Origin: an uncultured Deferribacteres bacterium
GTDB lineage: Bacteria; Zhuqueibacterota; Zhuqueibacteria; Zhuqueibacterales; Geothermadaptataceae
NCBI GenBank assembly: GCA_964014485.1
Contig: CAXHAT010000047.1
Location: 1-43,300 of the forward strand
Direction: 5' to 3'
DNA: 43,300 bases
Part shown: one piece after another, positions 37,721-43,300 of the stretch
Layout: every line of letters starts with the position of its first letter
How positions within the stretch are numbered: position 1 is the first letter of the stretch
The notes under the pieces: generated by a model
The model's database searches: none
Seen by the model: only the letters and a program-made list of their open reading frames with translations
What the model was told of the DNA's origin: nothing
Translations under genes and position numbers: made by a program

Positions 37721-38385
37721 GCCGAGCAACTCTCCGGTGGATTGAGATTCAAGTCCTGCTTAATCTTCGCAGCGATTTCCGTTTGATTTTCCGGCGGCGT
37801 CCAACCCATGGTCGTTACGTCTTCTTGCTCACGTAAGTGCATGTCGGGATCTCGGTGACAGTCCAGGCACCAACTCATGCTCAAAGGCTCCGTTTGCATC
37901 ACAACTTCCATTTCAGCAACGTTGCCGTGGCAGCTTTCACAGCCTACGCCCGCTCTTAAATGGGCGCTATGATTAAAATAAGCGTAATCCGGGATTTTGT
38001 GGATGCGCAGCCAGGCGATGGGGTCGCCGGTTTCCCAGCTTGCGCGAACCGGGGCCAGCTTTTCACTGTCCGCCTTAATAAGATTGTGGCAATTCATACA
38101 TGTCTGGGTTGGCGGAATGTTCGCCTCATGAGAGTCTTCGACGAAATTGTGGCAATAGCGGCAGTCCATGCCCAAATCACCGGCGTGCAATTTGTGGCTA
38201 TAATCCACCGGCTGAACCGGGCGGTAACCAACGTCAGTGAATTTCGGCGAACCGTAAAACCAAAAAAAACCGACCGCGCCGTAGAGCAGGAAAGCGCCGC
38301 CGACCGCTCCGGCCAAGGGCAAGAAATTCGTCCACTTTGGAAATAGCTGTGCCAACGAAAGAGACCTTGATTTTGATGACATCAA
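37708..38385 (-). CDS. actA: Alternative complex III pentaheme cytochrome c ActA
   Basis: One TM helix and five CxxCH motifs (CRYCH, CMNCH, CESCH, CLDCH, CSACH). Confidence 0.95.
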   Translation of the reverse strand: MMSSKSRSLSLAQLFPKWTNFLPLAGAVGGAFLLYGAVGFFWFYGSPKFTDVGYRPVQPVDYSHKLHAGDLGMDCRYCHNFVEDSHEANIPPTQTCMNCHNLIKADSEKLAPVRASWETGDPIAWLRIHKIPDYAYFNHSAHLRAGVGCESCHGNVAEMEVVMQTEPLSMSWCLDCHRDPDMHLREQEDVTTMGWTPPENQTEIAAKIKQDLNLNPPESCSACHF

Positions 38386-39027
38386 AAAACGCTTTGGCGC
38401 TTTCTGAAGGTTAAGGATATCCTTGAGTGCGATGAACGGAAAGAAGGCCTGACCCTAAAAAAACGCTGTCAGAAAAACAAAGATATTCTGACAAAATTGG
38501 GGTGATGAATTAGGCGAGTTTTGTATGATAAACCCTCTGTCGCTTCACTCCCTTTTCCTCATAAGCGGCGCTAATATAATGTCCGTGTTGCGCATGCGCA
38601 AGAGAATTTTTACGTTTTCTCTGGAAAAAATTTTAATATTTTGCGCGTGCGCCTTAAGCGAATGATTTTGAGGAATGAACGCTTTCTATTATTTTGTTTT
38701 TAATGAATTTGTATTTATTTTCTATCGGTGCTGTCCACGGTCCTTTTTTCGCCGTAAATAAAACGCTATCACAAAAATTAATTGCAGTCTTATTATTTCA
38801 ATTAATAAATGCGCCGCGCAAAGCCGATATTATCGATTCTAATTTCCTACCAAAAGCGCAACTGGATGCGGATGTACTGACTTCGATTTTACACGGGCGG
38901 TTGCAATAGTTGGCGAATGTTCCGCCGAAAGTCGAGTTTTGTCTTAATCTTTGTGACAATGACCTGCCGATTCCTTTACTTCAGAAATTTGAACATGGAA
39001 AAATACATTCGCAGAGGAGCGAACGGA

Positions 39028-39486
39028 ATGAATTATTGGTTGTTCAAGACCGAGCCAAACACCTATTCAATCGATGATCTTGCCAACGAGCCTGATCAAA
39101 CCACCTGCTGGGAAGGCATCCGAAACTACGCCGCAAGAAACCACCTGCGCGACGGCGTCAAGCTTGGCGATCAGGTGCTGATCTATCACAGCGTTGTGCG
39201 TCCGCCGTCCATCGTCGGGGTGGCGGAGGTTGTCAAAGAAGCCTACCCGGATCATTTCGCCTTCGATCCAGAGAATCCTTACTACGACGCAAAGAGCGAT
39301 AAGGCGAATCCGCGTTGGGTCATGGTTGATGTTAAATTCGTGCGAAAATTTTCTAACCCTGTTTCATTAGATCAAGTGAAGGTGACGGAGGGGCTGGAAG
39401 AGATGGTCTTGGTAAAAATAAGCCGCCTTTCTATTCAGCCCGTCACAAAGGCGGAGTGGGAAATCGTGAATGCATTGGGAAAATAA
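39028..39486 (+). CDS. EVE domain protein
   Basis: MNYWLFKTEP, WEGIRNYAARN, YYDAKS...PRWVMVDV and SRLSIQPV motifs; GAGGAG RBS before the ATG at 39028. Confidence 0.93.
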   Translation: MNYWLFKTEPNTYSIDDLANEPDQTTCWEGIRNYAARNHLRDGVKLGDQVLIYHSVVRPPSIVGVAEVVKEAYPDHFAFDPENPYYDAKSDKANPRWVMVDVKFVRKFSNPVSLDQVKVTEGLEEMVLVKISRLSIQPVTKAEWEIVNALGK

Positions 39487-39589
39487 CCACGCGAAACAAA
39501 ATTTTGCGATTTTAGAATTCGCAAAAAAAGTCGAAGCGAGTATCGTTTGATAGCATTCATCCGTCTCCTCTTCAGCATGACTCTGATTT

Positions 39590-40225
39590 ATGATGCGCTT
39601 ACGACAACTCGCTTCAATTGCCACAGTATTTATCCTGCCGTTTCAGGGCCAAGCGCAAACCTATGCGGAATTCCAGGCCCTTTTCCAGGACAGCGCATTC
39701 GGGCGGCTCCATGTTTATTCACACCAGGAATTTCTAACGCCGCAAGACAGCGTTTTCGAAGGTCGTGAAATTCCGGGAAGCCTGTTAACGTTCATCGGGC
39801 GTGAACCGGATTCTTCGGGCAACAAATTTCATGCAGTGATTCGGTTTCCGTTTGGCAAAAAGCTCGAGGGCTTTTTGGTGCGCCAACCGATTCGCTACCA
39901 CTCCACATTGATCTCGCTCTATATTTTTCACAGCAAGAAGCGTCGTTTGGTCGCCAGCATTGATTTGGCCGACGGTTGGGGGGAAGTCGGTTGGTCTTTT
40001 TTGCAGGATAGCTGGCTGATGGATTACGATCAAAACGGCAGCCTTGACATTATCACGCGCACGACGCATTTGCAGCGCCGACGCGGTTCGCCAAGCCGCA
40101 AAACCATTGTTGATGAAATGTCTGTTTTTATTTGGGCGGGCAATGGTTTTCGCCGCATTCAGCACGTAAGAAACAGACCGTTTCATTCAAATTATCGGCT
40201 GCGTTGGACAGGGAAAACGCATTAA
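39590..40225 (+). CDS. Hypothetical exported protein
   Basis: 211-aa ORF with a signal peptide (QGQA-Q) and a DYDQNGSLDII Ca-binding-like loop. Confidence 0.6.
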   Translation: MMRLRQLASIATVFILPFQGQAQTYAEFQALFQDSAFGRLHVYSHQEFLTPQDSVFEGREIPGSLLTFIGREPDSSGNKFHAVIRFPFGKKLEGFLVRQPIRYHSTLISLYIFHSKKRRLVASIDLADGWGEVGWSFLQDSWLMDYDQNGSLDIITRTTHLQRRRGSPSRKTIVDEMSVFIWAGNGFRRIQHVRNRPFHSNYRLRWTGKTH

Positions 40226-40474
40226 TCTGAAACGATTCTCTCGTATTCCAAAACCAGGCTTCGCATAATTGCGCCCTCCTCCTTGGCGACCGTCCGCGAT
40301 TCCATGAAATAGAAGAAGAGCACCGAAGTCAAAAGACTTGCGATTCATTGGGGAATTGTAAAAATTTGGCATCGAAACCATTTGGCTCCAAAATCAGTAG
40401 AGCGATGCGGCGCACCTTAATTAACTGATGTTACGCGTAGCAAAACATTCCCGAGACCCAACCGCAAACAGCGG

Positions 40475-40598
40475 CTCGTTCCCAAACTCCGGTTTGGGAA
40501 TGGAAATGGGTTCGAAACTCCGGTTTCGAACCAGGGAATTCACTCGAAACTGGAGTTTCGAGTGCAGTTGCGATCCCAATCCAGAGATTGGGAACGAG
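40475..40598. repeat. Four-hairpin palindromic element (CTCGTTCCCAA...TTGGGAACGAG)
   Basis: Terminal IR CTCGTTCCCAA / TTGGGAACGAG; internal hairpins TTCCCAAACTCCGGTTTGGGAA, TTCGAAACTCCGGTTTCGAA, CTCGAAACTGGAGTTTCGAG and TCCCAATCCAGAGATTGGGA. Confidence 0.85.
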
Positions 40599-40757
40599 AA
40601 TTTTGGGCTTCTCGAAATTAGATTGACGGTAATGCAGCTTCGCAGTGCTGACATTAACAATCGGTTGCTGTATTATAGAGCTCGCGCGTAATATCAGTTA
40701 ATTAATTCGGCGTCATATTTTTATTTTGGCAAAATCGAGCAAAGCGATACATACCAG

Positions 40758-42035
40758 ATGACCCAAATAGAAAAACTCGAGCGAGAAAACAAACGCTTGC
40801 GCCGCGCACTTGAAGAGCTTTCCACGCTGAACGAACTGTCCCGCGCCATTGGGGCGTCGACGGATTCGCACCGGATTATGCAAACTATTATTCGCCGCTC
40901 CCTCGACGCCGTCACTGCTGAGCAGGGTGAAATTAATCTGGTTGCGAAAGAGCAAGTGGACACCATGAAAACCCTCGTCCGCACCATGTCCAGTTCTTCG
41001 CAGCAGCAGCCTTTTCGAGCGAGCCAAATTTTGATGGGATGGATGCAGATCAACAAGCAGCCGATCATCATCAACAAGCCGCAGGAAGACCCGCGATTTA
41101 TGAGCGTCAAGTGGGACGATTCCATCAAGTCCGTGCTCTCAGCGCCGCTAATCGCAAAATCGTCGCTGGTCGGCTTGCTCACGGTTTATAATAAAAAAGG
41201 CGCCGAGGGTTTTAGCGAAGAAGACAAGCGCTTGCTTTCCATCATTGCGACGCAGTCGGCTCAAATTGTTGAAAATGCTCGGCTTTACGAAGAAGAAAAA
41301 GCCCTGCAAAAGATGCAGGAAGAAATGCGTGCGGCGTATCAAATTCAAATGAATTTGCTGCCCGAAGAGCCGCCTGCGATCTCCGGCTACGATATCGCGG
41401 GGCGCAGCACGCCTGCTCAAAACATAGGCGGCGATTATTTCGATTTTATCGAACTCAACGACAAGCGCTGGGCGTACACGCTGGGCGACATCACCGGCAA
41501 GGGGATGCCCGCCGCCATGCTGATGGCGAACCTGCAAGCGATTATCCGCACAAACGCGTTGGCGCATCCGGAACCGGCGCAATGCATAGCCAACGCCAAC
41601 GACCTGCTCTGCAAAAGCACCGGGGATGACAAATTTGCCACGATCTTTCATTCCGTGCTGCATCCACAAACCGGCGTCTTGCACTATTGCAACGCCGGTC
41701 ACAACAACCCGGTGATTATTCGCAAAAACGGCGAGAAAGAAATGCTGCAAACCGGAGGCATCATGATCGGCTGGATTCCCGGATTGGATTTTGAGCAAGG
41801 TGCTGCGGAATTGCGCGAGGGTGATGTCTTGGCCGTTTATTCAGACGGCGTCACCGAAGCGGAAAATCCGCAGGAAGAAGAGTTCGGCGATCAACGACTG
41901 CTCGATTTGTTGTATGAGCACCGCGATCTTTCAGCGACAAACTTAACGGACAAAGTTTTTGAGCAGGTCAACGTTTTTGCCGGTCAGGCCGTGCAGTTCG
42001 ATGACATTACCGTGATGATTATTAAAAGAACCTGA
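40758..42035 (+). CDS. GAF-domain PP2C/SpoIIE Ser/Thr phosphatase (RsbU-like)
   Basis: Coiled coil and GAF, then IGGDYFD, GDITGKG, NAGH, YSDGVTEA and FDDIT motifs. Confidence 0.93.
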   Translation: MTQIEKLERENKRLRRALEELSTLNELSRAIGASTDSHRIMQTIIRRSLDAVTAEQGEINLVAKEQVDTMKTLVRTMSSSSQQQPFRASQILMGWMQINKQPIIINKPQEDPRFMSVKWDDSIKSVLSAPLIAKSSLVGLLTVYNKKGAEGFSEEDKRLLSIIATQSAQIVENARLYEEEKALQKMQEEMRAAYQIQMNLLPEEPPAISGYDIAGRSTPAQNIGGDYFDFIELNDKRWAYTLGDITGKGMPAAMLMANLQAIIRTNALAHPEPAQCIANANDLLCKSTGDDKFATIFHSVLHPQTGVLHYCNAGHNNPVIIRKNGEKEMLQTGGIMIGWIPGLDFEQGAAELREGDVLAVYSDGVTEAENPQEEEFGDQRLLDLLYEHRDLSATNLTDKVFEQVNVFAGQAVQFDDITVMIIKRT

Positions 42036-42074
42036 CGCTAAATTCTACCGAGGAATCTGAGGAGAGAAGGGAAG

Positions 42075-43300
42075 ATGAAGCAAATTTGTCGGCGCCGCGA
42101 ACAATTGGTTTTCGGCGCTTTTCTATTTTTGGCTGCGATTTGCTCAAACAATTCTTTGGCGCAAGACAATCGAGCAGACCAGGTCTCACGACTGTTGAGT
42201 CGCCTGCCCGCTCAGTCGCACCAGGAAGCCGAGAAGATTTATTCGGCCATTTTGAGCGATCATGGAAATCTGCCGGTTGTTCTCGAATTCTTATCAACGG
42301 GCGATTCAACGGCGCAGGTTCAGGCCAAACTTGCCGTCGGCGGTTTGAGCGCGTTTGTCACCAAAGCGGGATTTGAATCACAGCGGCGGCGATTCTCTAA
42401 AAACTTGGCTGACGCGCTCGAAAACTCCCCGCTTCCTGAGACAAAGGCCTTTTTGCTGCAACAGCTACAGCTCTCCGGCACGGAAGAAGCCGTATCCGCT
42501 CTGGCGGGCTGTATTTCCAATTCGCGCCTTTGCGCGCCCGCCGTCGACGCTCTCGCTGCGATTGGCGGCGCTTCAGCCGTCAAAGAACTTTTGAGCGCAT
42601 TGCCCGAAACTGAGGGGCAAAATAGGATTGCGATCATCAACGCGCTTGGTTTTTTAAAAGCGCCGGACGCCGCCGGAGCGATTTCTGAATTTGCTGCCGC
42701 GCAATCGGCGAATGTCCGACTTGCCGCACTTGAAGCGCTGGCGCAAATCGGCGCACCGCAATCCCGCTCTGTTTTCCCCGGCGACACAGCGGAATTTTCC
42801 ACTTCTCAAAAATCCGCCGCCGAAGCCGCATTTCTAACCTACATTCAAAATCTGGCAAAAAACGGGAATTCCGCAACGGCTGCGGAAATGTGCCGAGCCG
42901 TCATCAAAAACAGCGAGCAAAACGCCGCGCAAACCCGAATCGCCGCCCTCGATAATTTGGTCGATCTTGAAAAAGAGCGTGCTTTGCCCGATCTCCTGAC
43001 GGCGGTCGATGCGAAAAATCAGACGGTCAGCGCCGCCGCATTGCTGTCTTCAGATCGAATTCCCGGCGGCGCCGCCACTCGTGCATTGACTTCAAAAATC
43101 GATGCTGCACAACCGGAATTGCGTGTTAAATTGCTCGAAGCGCTGGGCCGTCGCGGCGACGCAGCGGCCGCATCCGCCGTTCAGAACGCTCTAAATGACG
43201 AAGTTTTAGAAGTTCGACTCGCAGCAGCCGCAGCGTTAGCCAAATTGTTAGGCGTAAAAAGCGCGCCTGTTTTGGCAAACCAATTCGCCGACTCCCGGAA
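42075..43300 (+). CDS. Exported HEAT-repeat protein, runs off the right edge
   Basis: Manual translation from ATG 42075: signal peptide, then KAFLLQQLQLSGTEEAVSAL, AVDALAAIGG and VRLAALEALAQIG HEAT-like repeats. No stop was seen before the window end. Confidence 0.85.
   Translation, partial: MKQICRRREQLVFGAFLFLAAICSNNSLAQDNRADQVSRLLSRLPAQSHQEAEKIYSAILSDHGNLPVVLEFLSTGDSTAQVQAKLAVGGLSAFVTKAGFESQRRRFSKNLADALENSPLPETKAFLLQQLQLSGTEEAVSALAGCISNSRLCAPAVDALAAIGGASAVKELLSALPETEGQNRIAIINALGFLKAPDAAGAISEFAAAQSANVRLAALEALAQIGAPQSRSVFPGDTAEFSTSQKSAAEAAFLTYIQNLAKNGNSATAAEMCRAVIKNSEQNAAQTRIAALDNLVDLEKERALPDLLTAVDAKNQTVSAAALLSSDRIPGGAATRALTSKIDAAQPELRVKLLEALGRRGDAAAASAVQNALNDEVLEVRLAAAAALAKLLGVKSAPVLANQFADSR

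Noticed and set aside
27031..38346. Long alternative ORFs such as 33083-34075 (+), 27119-27826 (-), 27598-28254 (+) and 37016-37711 (+)
   Set aside because: They overlap well-supported cta/act genes and show no recognisable motifs.
39028..39486. EVE protein as part of a modification-dependent restriction system
   Set aside because: It is a stand-alone EVE domain with no adjacent nuclease or ATPase.
40475..40598. Possible CRISPR array
   Set aside because: The units are inverted and non-identical, spacers are under 12 bp, and no cas genes are present.
40758..42035. PP2C phosphatase as the partner of the TPR kinase
   Set aside because: It lies over 15 kb away and is RsbU-like, a type usually tied to partner-switching systems; nothing in the sequence links them.

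Overview
Chromosomal region of a Gram-negative bacterium. A secreted protein ending in a QNFPNPFNPET (FlgD-Ig/T9SS-A-like) domain and the ACIII-caa3 operon suggest an FCB-group lineage such as KSB1/Calditrichota (inference). Contents from left to right: topA (partial); a beta-lactamase-fold lipoprotein; an ABC-2 exporter; an enoyl-CoA hydratase; a coupled HU + HU-TM-LysM pair; clpP-sohB; an HD-GYP protein; a TlpA / Tat-NusG-II / ApbE cluster; a PLP aminotransferase; a RelE-type toxin-antitoxin pair; a five-gene signalling module (TPR-TM-Ser/Thr kinase, membrane protein, large secreted protein, CsgG-like protein, GAF sigma-54 activator); a 13-kb alternative complex III plus A2-type caa3 oxidase operon; an EVE protein; a GAF-PP2C phosphatase; and a partial HEAT-repeat protein. 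Intergenic regions hold many different REP-like and MITE-like palindromic elements, some nested. The best candidates for undescribed biology are the HU/HU-LysM putative DNA-cell wall tether, the receptor-like kinase/sigma-54 module, the sigma-54-linked flavinylation cluster, composite MITEs sharing one core, and a candidate anti-SD sRNA. No rRNA, tRNA, CRISPR array or intact transposase was seen.
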